Part shown: piece by piece, positions 1-11,844 of the stretch
Position numbering within the stretch: position 1 is the stretch's first letter
Layout of the letters: each line of letters starts with the position of its first letter
Origin: Escherichia coli
Lineage (GTDB): Bacteria; Pseudomonadota; Gammaproteobacteria; Enterobacterales; Enterobacteriaceae
DNA: 64,000 bases
Strand: one strand, 5' to 3'
Assembly (NCBI RefSeq): GCF_044647545.1
Contig: NZ_CP172818.1
Program-made: the position numbers and the translations under genes
The notes under the pieces: model-generated
Databases searched by the model: none
The model's input: the letters and a program-made list of their open reading frames with translations, nothing else
Told to the model about the DNA's origin: nothing

Positions 1-249
1 GGTTTTGAACGGATTGTTGCCGGATGTCCGGTACCCATTGTTATTGCTGGCGGTAAAAAGTTACCGGAGCGCGAGGCGCTGGAAATGTGCTGGCAGGCTA
101 TCGATCAGGGCGCTTCTGGTGTGGATATGGGACGTAATATTTTCCAGTCTGACCATCCGGTGGCGATGATGAAAGCCGTACAGGCGGTGGTACACCATAA
201 CGAAACGGCTGATCGGGCATATGAACTCTATCTGAGTGAAAAACAGTAA
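1..249 (+). CDS. lsrF: 3' end of LsrF (autoinducer-2 processing thiolase/aldolase-like), partial at window edge
   Basis: Frame 1 is open from base 1 to TAA at 247-249 and ends ...[10 protein letters not shown]; lies directly upstream of lsrG as in the lsr operon. Confidence 0.8.
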
Positions 250-272
250 CTGCGGATTTAAGGAGAAGAATT

Positions 273-563
273 ATGCACGTCACACTGGTTGAAATTAACG
301 TTCATGAAGACAAGGTTGACGAGTTTATCGAAGTTTTTCGCCAGAACCACCTGGGCTCGGTACAGGAAGAAGGCAATTTGCGCTTCGATGTCTTACAGGA
401 CCCGGAAGTGAATTCGCGCTTTTATATCTACGAAGCTTATAAAGATGAAGACGCAGTGGCGTTCCATAAAACCACGCCCCACTACAAAACCTGTGTCGCA
501 AAACTGGAAGCTTTAATGACCGGGCCGCGTAAAAAACGTCTGTTCAATGGATTGATGCCGTGA
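273..563 (+). CDS. lsrG: LsrG, autoinducer-2 (phospho-DPD) isomerase, 96 aa
   Basis: 96-aa [13 protein letters not shown]... with AGGAG-like RBS upstream; position after lsrF and before tam. Confidence 0.9.
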   Translation: MHVTLVEINVHEDKVDEFIEVFRQNHLGSVQEEGNLRFDVLQDPEVNSRFYIYEAYKDEDAVAFHKTTPHYKTCVAKLEALMTGPRKKRLFNGLMP

Positions 564-619
564 GGCGAATTTATCAGTTTTATCTACACTAGGGGTAACG
601 CGCTGACGGGAGTAAAAAT

Positions 620-1378
620 ATGTCTGACTGGAACCCCTCTTTATATCTGCACTTTGCCGCTGAACGATCGCGTCCGGCGATGGAGCTGCTTGCCAGAGTG
701 CCGCTGGAGAATATCGAATACGTTGCCGATCTTGGCTGTGGCCCAGGTAACAGCACCGCACTGCTGCATCAACGTTGGCCTGCTGCCAGAATAACGGGCA
801 TCGACTCGTCTCCGGCGATGATTGCTGAAGCGCGCAGTGCTTTGCCAGACTGCCAGTTCGTGGAAGCAGACATCCGCAACTGGCAACCGGAACAGGCACT
901 CGATCTGATTTTTGCTAATGCCTCACTGCAATGGCTGCCCGCCCACTACGAATTGTTCCCTCATCTGGTTTCTTTACTTAATTCGCATGGTGTGTTGGCA
1001 GTACAGATGCCAGATAACTGGCTAGAGCCAACCCATGTGCTCATGCGCGAAGTCGCCTGGGAACAAAATTATCCGGATCGCGGGCGTGAGCCGCTGGCTG
1101 GCGTTCATGCTTACTACGATATTTTGAGCGAAGCCGGATGTGAGGTCGATATCTGGCGAACCACTTACTATCACCAGATGCCGTCGCACCAGGCGATTAT
1201 CGATTGGGTGACCGCCACTGGATTACGTCCGTGGTTACAGGATCTGACCGAGAGCGAACAGCAGCATTTTCTTACGCGCTACCATCAGATGCTGGAAGAG
1301 CAGTATCCACTGCAAGAGAACGGAGAGATACTGCTGGCATTTCCGCGTCTGTTTATTGTTGCCCGGCGTACGGAGTAA
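620..1378 (+). CDS. tam: trans-aconitate 2-methyltransferase, 252 aa
   Basis: 252-aa ORF with SAM-binding motif [10 protein letters not shown]; recognised sequence. Confidence 0.9.
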   Translation: MSDWNPSLYLHFAAERSRPAMELLARVPLENIEYVADLGCGPGNSTALLHQRWPAARITGIDSSPAMIAEARSALPDCQFVEADIRNWQPEQALDLIFANASLQWLPAHYELFPHLVSLLNSHGVLAVQMPDNWLEPTHVLMREVAWEQNYPDRGREPLAGVHAYYDILSEAGCEVDIWRTTYYHQMPSHQAIIDWVTATGLRPWLQDLTESEQQHFLTRYHQMLEEQYPLQENGEILLAFPRLFIVARRTE

Positions 1379-1381
1379 ATA

Positions 1382-2296
1382 TTACGTCAGCTGGTAATGA
1401 CGATCGGGAAGAATTTTTGCTGGAATTTCTGCTTCATCGTTCATCTGTAACAGGTCAATTTCAATAGCGTTGCAGATGGCATCCAGCGGTAAATCATTGT
1501 TTTCAATACCGAAGGGATCTTCCAGTTCTTCCGCCAGACAATCCAGCGAAATAAAAGTGTAGGAAATCAGCACAGAGATAAAAGGCGTCATGTAATGCAG
1601 ATCCACGACCAGCGCGAACGGCAGCATGATACAAAACAGATAAACGGTACGATGCAAAATCAGGGTGTAGGCAAAGGGAATTGGCGTATAGGCAATGCGC
1701 TCGCAGCCTGCCAGAACCGCTGAAATATCGTTAAGCCGATCGTTGAGGCTAATAAACAGGATATCTGAAAGCTGCCCATTGCGGCGCTGAACCGCCAACC
1801 ACTCCCCCATTATTAACAAGATACGGTTAGCTGGAGAGTTCGAAGTCAGTACACGCTGAAGATCTTCCGTCTTGAGATATTGAGCCAGCACTTCCGCCTG
1901 TGGTTGTTTGCGTAATGTCATGCGTAAACAGTGAGCGAAGGCGATTTGCAGCCGGGCAAACTCCCTTACACTTGCCGAATCCGGCAATGTCGTTTTTACC
2001 TCGCGCAGTAACGACCGTGAGGCAATCATCAACTGCCCCCAAAGTTTTCGCGCTTCAACGTAACGGGCGTAACCGGCATTATTACGAAAACCAAGAAAAA
2101 TGGCGATGGCGACACCGAGAATGCTGAACGGTGCGAGGGTGAATTTGATGCCCAGATGCGTGTACCAGGGCAGCATGAAAATAACAGCGATAGAAAAGAG
2201 AAAATTGAGTAGTAAACGCGAGGATATCTTGGATAATACTGAGCCGTGCCAGACAAAAATACGGCGCAGCCAGTGTTGTTGTGGACGAACAATCAT
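1382..2296 (-). CDS. yneE: bestrophin-family membrane protein YneE, 304 aa
   Basis: 321-aa ORF; internal Met (MIVRPQQHWL...) gives the 304 aa I recall; hydrophobic segments. Confidence 0.8.
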   Translation of the reverse strand: MIVRPQQHWLRRIFVWHGSVLSKISSRLLLNFLFSIAVIFMLPWYTHLGIKFTLAPFSILGVAIAIFLGFRNNAGYARYVEARKLWGQLMIASRSLLREVKTTLPDSASVREFARLQIAFAHCLRMTLRKQPQAEVLAQYLKTEDLQRVLTSNSPANRILLIMGEWLAVQRRNGQLSDILFISLNDRLNDISAVLAGCERIAYTPIPFAYTLILHRTVYLFCIMLPFALVVDLHYMTPFISVLISYTFISLDCLAEELEDPFGIENNDLPLDAICNAIEIDLLQMNDEAEIPAKILPDRHYQLT

Positions 2297-2463
2297 GGTT
2301 ATCTTCAGGCGTGGAAAAGTCGCCCTATTAAACGTGATTACGATCACATTCTCAAGACACTACTTACAAATTACCTACAAGCTTACAACATTAACAGGTG
2401 CTGCATGTAGCACCTGTTAATGATAAAGGCACATAGGATGTTGTAACTAATATAGTGAAATAA

Positions 2464-2487
2464 GAAACCCGGTCGAAACCGGGTTCA
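2464..2487 (-). terminator. hairpin (cccggt/accggg stem) just downstream of uxaB stop
   Basis: Inverted repeat gaaacccggtcgaaaccgggttc followed on minus strand by T-rich tail. Confidence 0.5.
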
Positions 2488-2492
2488 GAGTA

Positions 2493-3944
2493 TTAGCACA
2501 ACGGACGTACAGCTTCGCGCATTCCTTTTTCGAGAATCGCATCCAGGTCATTAGCAACCTGCTCGACCAGACCAGGCACTTGCGTCAGGTCCTGCTCCCA
2601 GTGGTCTTTTTCTGCCAAAACAATCGCTACCAGTTCCTGGGTGCCGATAACACGGTTACGATGCTGGCTCCAGAGTTGCTGATAACGTTCCAGCCAGTGG
2701 GCATCGTCCTGTACCGGATATGTTTCTCCATTACGCTCACCGCGATAGAACGCAATCAATGCTGCTAATGCGAAAGTAAGGCGCGCCGGAAGTGTGCCGT
2801 TTGCCTTCTGCCCTGCCAGCAGCTGCGGCAGGATACGGGTGCGGAACTTGGTCATACCGTTGAGCGCGATAGACAGCAGCTGATGCTTAATGTACGGGTT
2901 ACGGAAACGCCCGGTGACAGCACTGGCGAAAGATTCCAGTTCATCACGAGGCAAATCCAGTACCGGAATAATCTCTTCGTAGATGGCTTTTTCAACGAAT
3001 GCGCAAATTTCAGCATCGTTCATCGCTTCACCTACGGTATCCAGCCCTGCCTGGAACGCCACCGGCACCAGCGCGGTGTGCGCACCGTTGAGGATTGCCA
3101 CTTTGCGCTCTTTATACGGTTTAATATCGTCAACAATCAGCACGTTGAGCGGATATTTGTCCAGACGCAGCTCAGTCGCTAAGGATTTCGGCCCCTGAAT
3201 CACAAACAGGTAAAAGTGTTCAGCGGTGTCGAGGAAACCATCGTGATAACCCAGTTCTTCTTCCAGTTTAGCCACTTCATCACGCGGATAGCCGGTAACG
3301 ATACGGTCCACCAGCGTAGAACAGAAGCTGTTAGCCTGATCCAGCCATTGAATAAATGCTTCTGGCAGTGCCCACTCTTGCGCGTAGCGCAGCACCAGTT
3401 CACGCAGTGCATCGCCGTTATAGTCGATCAGTTCACATGGTATGATGATCCAACCTTTATCCTGCGCTCCGTTGAAATGGCTAAAACGTTCGAACAGCAG
3501 ACGGGTCAGTTTTGCCGGATAACTTACCGCTGGCGCGTCATCGAATTTATCGCCCGCATGGTAGCTGATACCCGCTTCGGTGGTGTTAGAGAAAACAAAG
3601 CGCATTTCCGGGTTGTGCGCCAGTTTCAGGAATTCATCGTATTCACTGTAGACGCTGATTTCACGATTAACAGAGCGAATCAGACGCGCGTCGCTGACCG
3701 CTTCCCCCTTCTCGTTCAGACCACGGATAATGGTGGTGTACAGACCATCCTGCGTGCTCAGTGACGGCGGGAATGAAGTTTCAATCGGACGAACAACGAC
3801 CACGCCAGAATTCAGATCGGTGTGCTCATTCAGGAGATCGATTTGCCAGTCAACAAAGGCGCGCAGGAAGTTACCTTCACCAAACTGAATGATACGTTCT
3901 GGATACTGTGCACCGGGAAAATCGCGACGATTTAGTGTTTTCAC
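2493..3944 (-). CDS. uxaB: altronate oxidoreductase (tagaturonate reductase), 483 aa
   Basis: 483-aa [33 protein letters not shown]...; recognised. Confidence 0.95.
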   Translation of the reverse strand: MKTLNRRDFPGAQYPERIIQFGEGNFLRAFVDWQIDLLNEHTDLNSGVVVVRPIETSFPPSLSTQDGLYTTIIRGLNEKGEAVSDARLIRSVNREISVYSEYDEFLKLAHNPEMRFVFSNTTEAGISYHAGDKFDDAPAVSYPAKLTRLLFERFSHFNGAQDKGWIIIPCELIDYNGDALRELVLRYAQEWALPEAFIQWLDQANSFCSTLVDRIVTGYPRDEVAKLEEELGYHDGFLDTAEHFYLFVIQGPKSLATELRLDKYPLNVLIVDDIKPYKERKVAILNGAHTALVPVAFQAGLDTVGEAMNDAEICAFVEKAIYEEIIPVLDLPRDELESFASAVTGRFRNPYIKHQLLSIALNGMTKFRTRILPQLLAGQKANGTLPARLTFALAALIAFYRGERNGETYPVQDDAHWLERYQQLWSQHRNRVIGTQELVAIVLAEKDHWEQDLTQVPGLVEQVANDLDAILEKGMREAVRPLC

Positions 3945-4171
3945 AATGGGTTCCCTTCTGATTAGTCATACAACCTGTTTGAATTGGTACGACAGGTTAG
4001 CAAACTTTAATACGCCGAACCCCTGTTTTGATCAACTCCTGATGATTAATGAGCAGTTTTATGAGAAAAGTGTGGCGCGGATCATGGTTTAATCGAGGAA
4101 CTACGCCTTTTATTCGCTCAATAAAGTGGTAGAACACATTCCATTTAAATCGCTGTGAATGAATAAAGATG

Positions 4172-5119
4172 TCAGACAACTTCCTCACCGTAACGCATAG
4201 TGCTGGTACGGTTGCGCCCATCTTTCTTCGAGCGATACAGACATGTATCGGCTTCGACCATCAATTTATTAAAGTCATCGGTCAGCGTTCGGTACGATGC
4301 GCAACCACTACCGACGCCAATACTTACCGTGAGATAAAGCGTTTTTTGTTGCCAGGTGAACGGTTGCAGTTCAACGCCTTTACGGATTTTTTCCGCCATT
4401 AGCAGACCATCGACAGGATTCACCGATGGCACTGCAACAGCAAATTCCTCGCCGCCCATTCGCGCCACCAGCCCCTTATCACCGACAATCTTCTGAATAT
4501 GCTGGGCAAACACGCTTAACACTTTATCGCCACATTCATGTCCATAGTTATCGTTAATGCTTTTGAAATAGTCGATATCAAGCAGCATGACAGTCAGATG
4601 TTGTGTCTGTTTCAGCGATGGACTTTTCAGCGCCTCATAAAGACCGGACCGTGAGTAAACCTGAGTCAGAAAATCAAAGTCGGCTCGCAGCGCAACTTGC
4701 TTCATTAGCGAATTGATCGCTGCCACGCTAAAAGAAACCATAATTGGGCATATCGCCATCGTGGCAATACCGAGACGTGCGGAGAACATTTCTGGAATGG
4801 AGAATGGCGAACCGACCGAGATATCAATCACCGAATTTGCCACCAGTACGATTTCCACCGCACCGGTGACAAAGGTCAACAGACATGTTACCTGCGGCGT
4901 ATAGCGCACTGCACACCAGATTAATGCAGGCAGCGGGAACGCCAGACTCCCCGCTCCGCCAATGACTACCGAGGCAATAACCGACACAATAAGCGCGATG
5001 GCGGGCATCATCTGTTCTGCTTTAAAGCGCGGCAGCACTCCCGGAATAGCCAACGTCAGCATACAAGGCACGATCAACACGCCCGTTGAGAATTGCTCAC
5101 TGAACCAGTCCGCAAGCAA
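4172..5119 (-). CDS. dgcF: diguanylate cyclase DgcF (YneF), GGDEF-domain C-terminal portion; 5' region of the gene is disrupted in this window
   Basis: 315-aa ORF with GGEEF motif (RMGGEEFAVAV); ORF-track start is TTG at 5119; same frame stays open upstream to a stop at 5204-5206 and then runs into the A-rich tract. Confidence 0.8.
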   Translation of the reverse strand: MLADWFSEQFSTGVLIVPCMLTLAIPGVLPRFKAEQMMPAIALIVSVIASVVIGGAGSLAFPLPALIWCAVRYTPQVTCLLTFVTGAVEIVLVANSVIDISVGSPFSIPEMFSARLGIATMAICPIMVSFSVAAINSLMKQVALRADFDFLTQVYSRSGLYEALKSPSLKQTQHLTVMLLDIDYFKSINDNYGHECGDKVLSVFAQHIQKIVGDKGLVARMGGEEFAVAVPSVNPVDGLLMAEKIRKGVELQPFTWQQKTLYLTVSIGVGSGCASYRTLTDDFNKLMVEADTCLYRSKKDGRNRTSTMRYGEEVV

Positions 5120-5204
5120 AGGCCAGAAATCCAGACTATCAATACTGACCGAACCAATCCCCCAAATACCATAATAATCGGCAATCAGACAGTAATTAAA
5201 TACC

Positions 5205-5495
5205 TAACACTTACTCTCATACTTATTTTTCCCCAAACCTTATCCCCACGACCAAACGACAAAAATAAACATCATATAGAAATTGATACCAGAAACCCCC
5301 CCATCTTTACACATAAACCACACCCACAAACGACGCAAGAAGACGATAAACCAAAAAAGAAAACCCCCCAAACGAAAAAAAAAAAAAGGAAAACCAAAAA
5401 AAAAAAAAAAAAAAAAAAAAAAAGAAAAAAAAAAGAAAAAAAAAAAAAAAAGAAAGGGAAAAAAATAAAAAAGAAAAAAAAAAAAAAAAAGATAG
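5205..5495. repeat. low-complexity A-rich tract (plus strand); core 5381-5490 is roughly 90% A with an uninterrupted A28 run at 5396-5423
   Basis: Direct inspection; 5205-5380 is already nearly G-free A/C-rich sequence that degrades progressively into poly(A); normal composition resumes abruptly at about 5491 (gatagcatgttcgctgac). Confidence 0.9.
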
Positions 5496-5567
5496 CATGT
5501 TCGCTGACAGCGGCGGCAAATAAAGATACCTAATGAATGCCATTTTATCGATTTCCGTAATTATCAT
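5496..5567 (-). other. probable original 5' end of dgcF (ATG at 5567-5565 overlapping yneG stop as ATGA), now out of frame with the GGDEF part
   Basis: ORF 5307..5567 begins MIITEIDKMAFIRYLYLPPLSANMLS then reads poly-Phe through the A/T tract; its ATG shares bases with the yneG TGA. Confidence 0.4.
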
Positions 5568-5923
5568 GGCTGATTCATCTGTATAACCAGCCAGTGATAG
5601 ATTACCGTCACAATATAACGTTGTTGCTCCTCACTTAACGCTTCCCCTTGAGGAATGTTATGCCACTTAGCCAGACAACCGCGACAACAGGTCGCGGTGG
5701 CGTGTTGAGCGATAAAAACCGGATGCCCGCGCATGGGGGTTTGCTTACCGTCGTTAGCCGGTAATGCCGGAGCAAGACGTTTAGCGACAAAATCCGCCGC
5801 ATGTTGTTCGATGACTGGCGCACCTTTCTCCAGACAATACTGACGCTCTTTCATGCCCAAACGAAAGCGAGAGCGAAATTTTGAACGGGATAAACGCGCG
5901 AAGAGTGGATCGAGAGACTGCAT
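5564..5923 (-). CDS. yneG: YneG, uncharacterised, 119 aa
   Basis: 119-aa ORF; start overlaps glsB stop by 1 bp (same operon). Confidence 0.85.
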   Translation of the reverse strand: MQSLDPLFARLSRSKFRSRFRLGMKERQYCLEKGAPVIEQHAADFVAKRLAPALPANDGKQTPMRGHPVFIAQHATATCCRGCLAKWHNIPQGEALSEEQQRYIVTVIYHWLVIQMNQP

Positions 5924-6849
5924 TAATAAACTGAACGCCCTAATTGTTTCGTCAATTGTTCAAGGACAGCAATGCCCGCAAGCGAGTTACCGGCATCATC
6001 CAGTTCCGGGCTCCAGACTGCGATGGCCATTTCATGCGGAACAATCGCCACAATACCGCCACCAACGCCAGATTTTGCCGGTAGTCCCACCCGCCAGGCA
6101 AACTCCCCCGCGTTCTGGTACATACCACTGGTCGCCATCAGCGCGTTAATTTGCCGCGCCTGCATTGGCGTCACCACAGGTTCATCAATATGAATAGCTT
6201 TACCCTGATTAGCCAGAAAGACAAACGTCCGGGCCAGCTCTACACAGCTCATTTTCAGAGCGCAGTAATGAAAGTAGTTTTGCAGAACGGTTGTCACATC
6301 ATGATGGAAATTGCCAAACGACTTCATCAGCCAGGCGATAGCCGCATTTCGCGCGGAGTGTTCAAATTCGGAACGCGCTACCACCGTATCGTAGGAAATA
6401 TCAGACACACCGCTTAAGCCGCGCACGACTTCCAGCATACGTTGCCGAGGAGCGCTTAATCGCCCTTGCAACATATCGCAGACCACCAGCGCACCGGCAT
6501 TAATAAACGGATTACGCGGAATACCCTGCTCCATTTCCAGTTGCACTAAAGAATTGAACGGTGATCCAGACGGATCTTTGCCGACGCGTTGCCAGATTTC
6601 CTCTTCGGAGTAATGACGCATGGCGACAACGAGACTCAGCACTTTGGAAATAGACTGAATGGAAAAACGTTCTTGCGCGTCTCCGGCCTGAAAAAGCTGT
6701 CCGTCAACGGTACAGATAGCAATCCCCAATCGGGAACCGTCTACCGTAGCCAGCGCCGGAATATAATCCGCGACTTTACCCTGACCAATGAGCGGCCGCA
6801 CTTGCCGCAAGATGTTTTCTAAAATTGCATTATCCATGGCGACTGCCAC
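5923..6849 (-). CDS. glsB: glutaminase 2, 308 aa
   Basis: 308-aa ORF with serine-dependent glutaminase family features (QSISKV motif); recognised. Confidence 0.9.
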   Translation of the reverse strand: MAVAMDNAILENILRQVRPLIGQGKVADYIPALATVDGSRLGIAICTVDGQLFQAGDAQERFSIQSISKVLSLVVAMRHYSEEEIWQRVGKDPSGSPFNSLVQLEMEQGIPRNPFINAGALVVCDMLQGRLSAPRQRMLEVVRGLSGVSDISYDTVVARSEFEHSARNAAIAWLMKSFGNFHHDVTTVLQNYFHYCALKMSCVELARTFVFLANQGKAIHIDEPVVTPMQARQINALMATSGMYQNAGEFAWRVGLPAKSGVGGGIVAIVPHEMAIAVWSPELDDAGNSLAGIAVLEQLTKQLGRSVY

Positions 6850-6912
6850 TTTCTACTCCTGGACCGCAGGTCTGAAAAGACCTGCGAGTATATCAGAGCT
6901 GAATATATAGCG

Positions 6913-8301
6913 TCAGACCCGGTCTTTCCACACCGTCTGGATATTACAGAATTCGTGTAAGCCAAAATGGGAAAGCTCACGCCCAAAGCCACTCTTCTTC
7001 ACACCACCAAAGGCGACTCGCGCGTCGCTGGCACAGTAACCATTGATAAACACCCCACCGCATTCCAGACGTGCCGCCATCTGTCTGGCCCGGGTTTCGT
7101 CGGTGGTGAAAATGGTCGCTGAAAGGCCGAACTCGCTATTATTAGCCAGTTCCAGTGCATGTTCTGCATCTTTCGCAATGGTGATTGCCGCAACGGGGCC
7201 AAACATTTCTTCCCGAAACGCGGTCATTTCTGGGGTAACATTCGCCAGAACCGTTGGCGGATAGTAGTTACCTGCCCCAGCCATCTTTTCCCCGCCCAGT
7301 AACAAACGCGCACCCTGCGCCAGGGTTTTCTCCACCTGATGATGCAGCTCATCACGTAAATCAAAACGAGCCATTGGTCCGAGAGTGTTCTCTTCGTCAC
7401 GGGGATCGCCCATTTTCAAGGCTGCCGCAGCTGCCACAAAACGTTCGGTAAATGCCGAAGCAATTCCCTCTTCGATGATAAAGCGTTTTGCCGCTGCACA
7501 AACCTGTCCGGTATTCTGATAACGTCCGGCTACCGCCGCTTTAACCGCCAGTTCCAGATCGGCATCGTTAAGCACAATAAATGGATCCGAACCGCCCAGT
7601 TCCAGTACGCATTTTTTCAGTGCCGCTCCAGCCTGTGCGCCAATAGCCGCTCCCGCACGAACACTTCCGGTCACCGTGACAGCAGCAATGCGCGAGTCTT
7701 TAATCATCTGACTGACGCCGTCGTTGTCGGCATTCAGCCAGCCATATACGCCTTGTGGGATACCCGCATCTTTAAACACCTGGGCAATGAGCTGTGCACA
7801 GCCCATCACATTCGGCGCATGTTTAAGTAAGTAGCCGTTACCTGCAAGAATGATGGGAACCGCGCCACGCATCACCTGCCATAACGGAAAATTCCACGGC
7901 ATAATCGCCAGAATTGTCCCCAACGGTCGATACTCAATAACTGCCTGCTGATTTTCCACCAGCGTAGGTTCCGCCTTCAGCATTGCCGGACCATGTTCTG
8001 CATACCAGTCACACAAATTCGCCGATTTCGCCACTTCAGCGCGCGCCTGGTTGATTGGTTTGCCCATTTCACGGGTGATCATTTGCGCCATTTCTTCGCT
8101 ACGGACACGCAGAGCCTTACCGATATCACGCAGTTTTTCAGCACGATAATCTATATTTGTCTCGCGCCAGTCGCGAAAGCCTGCTGCCGCCAGCTGAAGT
8201 GCGTTTTCGATATCATCAGCGCCAGCCCACGGCAGCACAGAAAGTTGTTCACCGGTGGCAGGATTTATCGAAATTGCATGAGTTGCCGGAGTAATGGTCA
8301 T
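6913..8301 (-). CDS. sad: NAD-dependent succinate-semialdehyde dehydrogenase Sad (YneI), 462 aa
   Basis: 462-aa ORF; aldehyde dehydrogenase motifs (ELGGSDP, catalytic Cys region QVCAAAKRF). Confidence 0.9.
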   Translation of the reverse strand: MTITPATHAISINPATGEQLSVLPWAGADDIENALQLAAAGFRDWRETNIDYRAEKLRDIGKALRVRSEEMAQMITREMGKPINQARAEVAKSANLCDWYAEHGPAMLKAEPTLVENQQAVIEYRPLGTILAIMPWNFPLWQVMRGAVPIILAGNGYLLKHAPNVMGCAQLIAQVFKDAGIPQGVYGWLNADNDGVSQMIKDSRIAAVTVTGSVRAGAAIGAQAGAALKKCVLELGGSDPFIVLNDADLELAVKAAVAGRYQNTGQVCAAAKRFIIEEGIASAFTERFVAAAAALKMGDPRDEENTLGPMARFDLRDELHHQVEKTLAQGARLLLGGEKMAGAGNYYPPTVLANVTPEMTAFREEMFGPVAAITIAKDAEHALELANNSEFGLSATIFTTDETRARQMAARLECGGVFINGYCASDARVAFGGVKKSGFGRELSHFGLHEFCNIQTVWKDRV

Positions 8302-8401
8302 CGGGGTATCTCCTTTATGGGTTATGGTAAAAAGATACGCAGATTTACTCTTGCTTGAAAATGAATAATATTAAGCCACTTATTCACGAATCGAGAATAT
8401 T

Positions 8402-9283
8402 ATGGATCTGACCCAACTGGAGATGTTCAACGCGGTTGCCGAAGCTGGCAGCATTACCCAGGCTGCAGCAAAAGTGCATCGCGTGCCGTCGAATCTCACT
8501 ACCCGTCTACGCCAGCTGGAAACAGAACTGGGGGTTGATCTGTTTATTCGCGAGAATCAGCGTTTACGTCTCTCGCCTGCCGGGCATAACTTTTTACGCT
8601 ATAGCCAACAAATTCTCGCGTTAGTGGATGAAGCGCGGAGCGTTGTCGCTGGCGATGAGCCGCAAGGTTTATTTTCTCTTGGTTCGCTGGAAAGCACCGC
8701 TGCAGTGCGCATTCCGGCCACGCTGGCGGAATTTAACCGTCGTTATCCCAAAATTCAGTTTTCACTTTCCACCGGCCCTTCCGGCACTATGCTGGAAGGT
8801 GTGCTGGAGGGAAAACTGAATGCAGCGTTTATTGATGGGCCCATTAACCATACTGCCATTGACGGGATACCGGTGTACCGCGAGGAGCTGATGATCGTCA
8901 CGCCACAAGGACATGCGCCAGTAACCCGCGCCAGTCAGGTAAATGGCAGTAACATTTATGCCTTCCGCGCCAATTGTTCGTATCGTCGCCACTTCGAGAG
9001 CTGGTTTCATGCTGATGGTGCCGCTCCGGGAACTATTCACGAGATGGAGTCGTATCACGGGATGTTGGCCTGTGTGGTCGCAGGAGCAGGCATTGCGCTT
9101 ATTCCACGCTCTATGCTGGAAAGTATGCCGGGGCATCACCAGGTTGAAGCGTGGCCGTTAGCTGAGCAATGGCGTTGGTTAACAACCTGGCTGGTCTGGC
9201 GTCGCGGTGCGAAAACGCGTCCGCTTGAGGCATTTATTCAACTACTGGATGCGCCTGACTCGGCAAAACAGGGTTACCAATGA
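8402..9283 (+). CDS. yneJ: LysR-family transcriptional regulator YneJ, 293 aa
   Basis: N-terminal HTH ([23 protein letters not shown]); divergent from sad. Confidence 0.85.
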   Translation: MDLTQLEMFNAVAEAGSITQAAAKVHRVPSNLTTRLRQLETELGVDLFIRENQRLRLSPAGHNFLRYSQQILALVDEARSVVAGDEPQGLFSLGSLESTAAVRIPATLAEFNRRYPKIQFSLSTGPSGTMLEGVLEGKLNAAFIDGPINHTAIDGIPVYREELMIVTPQGHAPVTRASQVNGSNIYAFRANCSYRRHFESWFHADGAAPGTIHEMESYHGMLACVVAGAGIALIPRSMLESMPGHHQVEAWPLAEQWRWLTTWLVWRRGAKTRPLEAFIQLLDAPDSAKQGYQ

Positions 9284-9360
9284 GCTATTTTTGATAGTTC
9301 TTGCGGCTAATATGCTCTATATAGTGATGTTCCGATGACTTATGACTATATGGGGCAAAT

Positions 9361-10476
9361 ATGGTTACGCCAGTAAGCATCAGCAATTACATATCTCTTC
9401 CTGATGATTTTCCCGTACGTAATATTGCACCGCAGGTAAAAGAAGTTTTAAAGGATTTCATTGATGCACTTAGTACAATAATATGTGATGAAGAATGGCG
9501 CACGTCTTTAAACATCAACTCAGCCACAAAAAAGATATTTAATAACCTTGACAACTTATCATATATTCAGAGGACTTCTTTTCGGGGTAACGACACGCTA
9601 TACAATGAAAAGGTTCAGTTTAAACTCACTTATCCCGTCAAGAATGGAAGACACAAAGAAAATATTGAATTTCAGGTAGTAATAAATTTAAGCCCTATTT
9701 ATTTAGATAATTTCCGCCATGATGGGGAAATTAATATTTTTTGCGCTCCCAACCCAAAGCCTGTCACTATGGGGCGCGTATTTCAGACCGGCGTCGAGCG
9801 TGTACTCTTTCTGTTTCTGAATGACTTTATAGAACAATTTCCAATAATCAACCCTGGCGTTCCTATCAAAAGAGCGCATACGCCACATATTGAACCCCTG
9901 CATCCGGATCACCATACCGCTGCAGATTACATACGCCAGTTTGATTTGCTTGTCCTGAATTTTATCTCTCGCGGTAATTTTGTCATACTCCCCCGATTAT
10001 GGAATAACTCTGAGGTTCACAGATGGTTCGGGAATAAAGAACCTAACTTGCTCACCGCTATTCTCGACATAACGGACAGCGAATTAAAAGAGGATTTATT
10101 GCAAAGTCTGATGGATTCACTAGGTTCTAACAAACATGTACTACCCGAAGTCTGCATCTGCTTTTTATCCCTTTTAGCAGAACAAGATTTTCCACATTTT
10201 CAGGAGTTGTTTTTATTTTTCGCCAATATGTTATTGCACTATCACCAATTTATGAAACCCAATGAAAGTGATTTGATTGACGTGTTGATGCCAGCATCAT
10301 TAAGTGATGATAAAATTATCAAACATATGGCGCGCAAGACCCTCAAACTTTTTGTAAAAAATGAAACGCCGCCAAAAGTTACTCATGAAGACCTGGTGAA
10401 AAACAGGCCTCGCTCCCCTGTCAGACCACCTATACCCGCAACCTCCAAAACGCCAGACCTCCCTGAACGTCATTAA
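9361..10476 (+). CDS. yneK: uncharacterised protein YneK, 371 aa
   Basis: 371-aa ORF in AT-rich DNA with atypical codon usage; position matches yneK. Confidence 0.75.
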   Translation: MVTPVSISNYISLPDDFPVRNIAPQVKEVLKDFIDALSTIICDEEWRTSLNINSATKKIFNNLDNLSYIQRTSFRGNDTLYNEKVQFKLTYPVKNGRHKENIEFQVVINLSPIYLDNFRHDGEINIFCAPNPKPVTMGRVFQTGVERVLFLFLNDFIEQFPIINPGVPIKRAHTPHIEPLHPDHHTAADYIRQFDLLVLNFISRGNFVILPRLWNNSEVHRWFGNKEPNLLTAILDITDSELKEDLLQSLMDSLGSNKHVLPEVCICFLSLLAEQDFPHFQELFLFFANMLLHYHQFMKPNESDLIDVLMPASLSDDKIIKHMARKTLKLFVKNETPPKVTHEDLVKNRPRSPVRPPIPATSKTPDLPERH

Positions 10477-10625
10477 ACCGTGATGTGACCGACTCTCTGA
10501 CGCGTGAAAGAATCAGCGTCAGAGAAACGGAAAACGCGATCCAGATCACAAATGCATTGTATTCACATCATTAACCGTTTTAAGATCATTTCATCACTTT
10601 TTCGCAACTCACCCGATAATCTGTT

Positions 10626-11816
10626 ATGACAACAAACACTGTTTCCCGCAAAGTGGCGTGGCTACGGGTCGTTACGCTGGCAGTCGCCGCCTTCATCTTC
10701 AACACCACCGAATTTGTCCCAGTTGGCCTGCTCTCTGACATTGCGCAAAGTTTTCACATGCAAACCGCTCAGGTCGGCATTATGTTGACCATTTACGCAT
10801 GGGTAGTAGCGCTAATGTCATTGCCTTTTATGTTAATGACCAGCCAGGTTGAACGGCGCAAATTACTGATCTGCCTGTTTGTGGTGTTTATTGCCAGCCA
10901 CGTACTGTCGTTTTTATCGTGGAGTTTTACCGTTCTGGTGATCAGTCGCATTGGTGTGGCTTTTGCACATGCGATTTTCTGGTCGATTACGGCGTCTCTG
11001 GCGATCCGTATGGCTCCGGCCGGGAAGCGAGCGCAGGCTTTGAGTTTAATAGCCACCGGTACAGCACTGGCAATGGTATTAGGTTTACCTCTCGGGCGCA
11101 TTGTGGGGCAGTATTTCGGTTGGCGAATGACCTTCTTCGCGATTGGTATCGGGGCGCTTATCACCCTTTTGTGCCTGATTAAGTTACTTCCCTTACTGCC
11201 CAGTGAGCATTCCGGTTCGCTGAAAAGCCTCCCGCTATTATTCCGCCGCCCGGCATTGATGAGCATTTATTTGTTAACTGTGGTGGTTGTCACCGCCCAT
11301 TACACGGCATACAGCTATATCGAGCCTTTTGTGCAAAACATTGCGGGATTCAGCGCCAACTTTGCCACGGCATTACTGTTATTACTCGGTGGTGCGGGCA
11401 TTATTGGCAGCGTGATTTTCGGTAAACTGGGTAATCAGTATGCGTCTGCGTTGGTGAGTACGGCGATTGCGTTGTTGCTGGTGTGCCTGGCACTGCTGCT
11501 ACCTGCGGCGAACAGTGAAATACACCTCGGGGTGCTGAGTATTTTCTGGGGGATCGCGATGATGATCATCGGGCTTGGTATGCAGGTTAAAGTGCTGGCG
11601 CTGGCACCAGATGCTACCGACGTCGCGATGGCGCTATTCTCCGGGATATTTAATATTGGAATCGGCGCGGGTGCGTTGGTAGGTAATCAGGTCAGTCTGC
11701 ACTGGTCAATGTCGATGATTGGTTATGTGGGCGCGGTGCCTGCTTTTGCCGCGTTAATATGGTCAATCATCATTTTTCGCCGCTGGCCAGTGACACTCGA
11801 AGAACAGACGCAATAG
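10626..11816 (+). CDS. sotB: MFS sugar efflux transporter SotB (YdeA), 396 aa
   Basis: 396-aa ORF with about 12 predicted TM segments; recognised. Confidence 0.9.
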
Positions 11817-11819
11817 TTG

Positions 11820-11844
11820 AAAGGCCCATTCGGGCCTTTTTTAG
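11820..11844 (+). terminator. rho-independent terminator after sotB
   Basis: aaaggcccattcgggcc hairpin followed by T6. Confidence 0.6.

Noticed and set aside
5093-5567. ORFs encoding poly-Lys (5093..5533 and 5283..5468, plus) and poly-Phe (5307..5567, minus) proteins
   Set aside because: They are translations of the poly(A)/poly(T) tract; homopolymeric proteins of this kind are not plausible gene products, although the first 26 codons of 5307..5567 may be the genuine dgcF start.
10793-11266. 157-aa minus-strand ORF inside sotB
   Set aside because: Antisense to a well-supported MFS transporter gene; no RBS.
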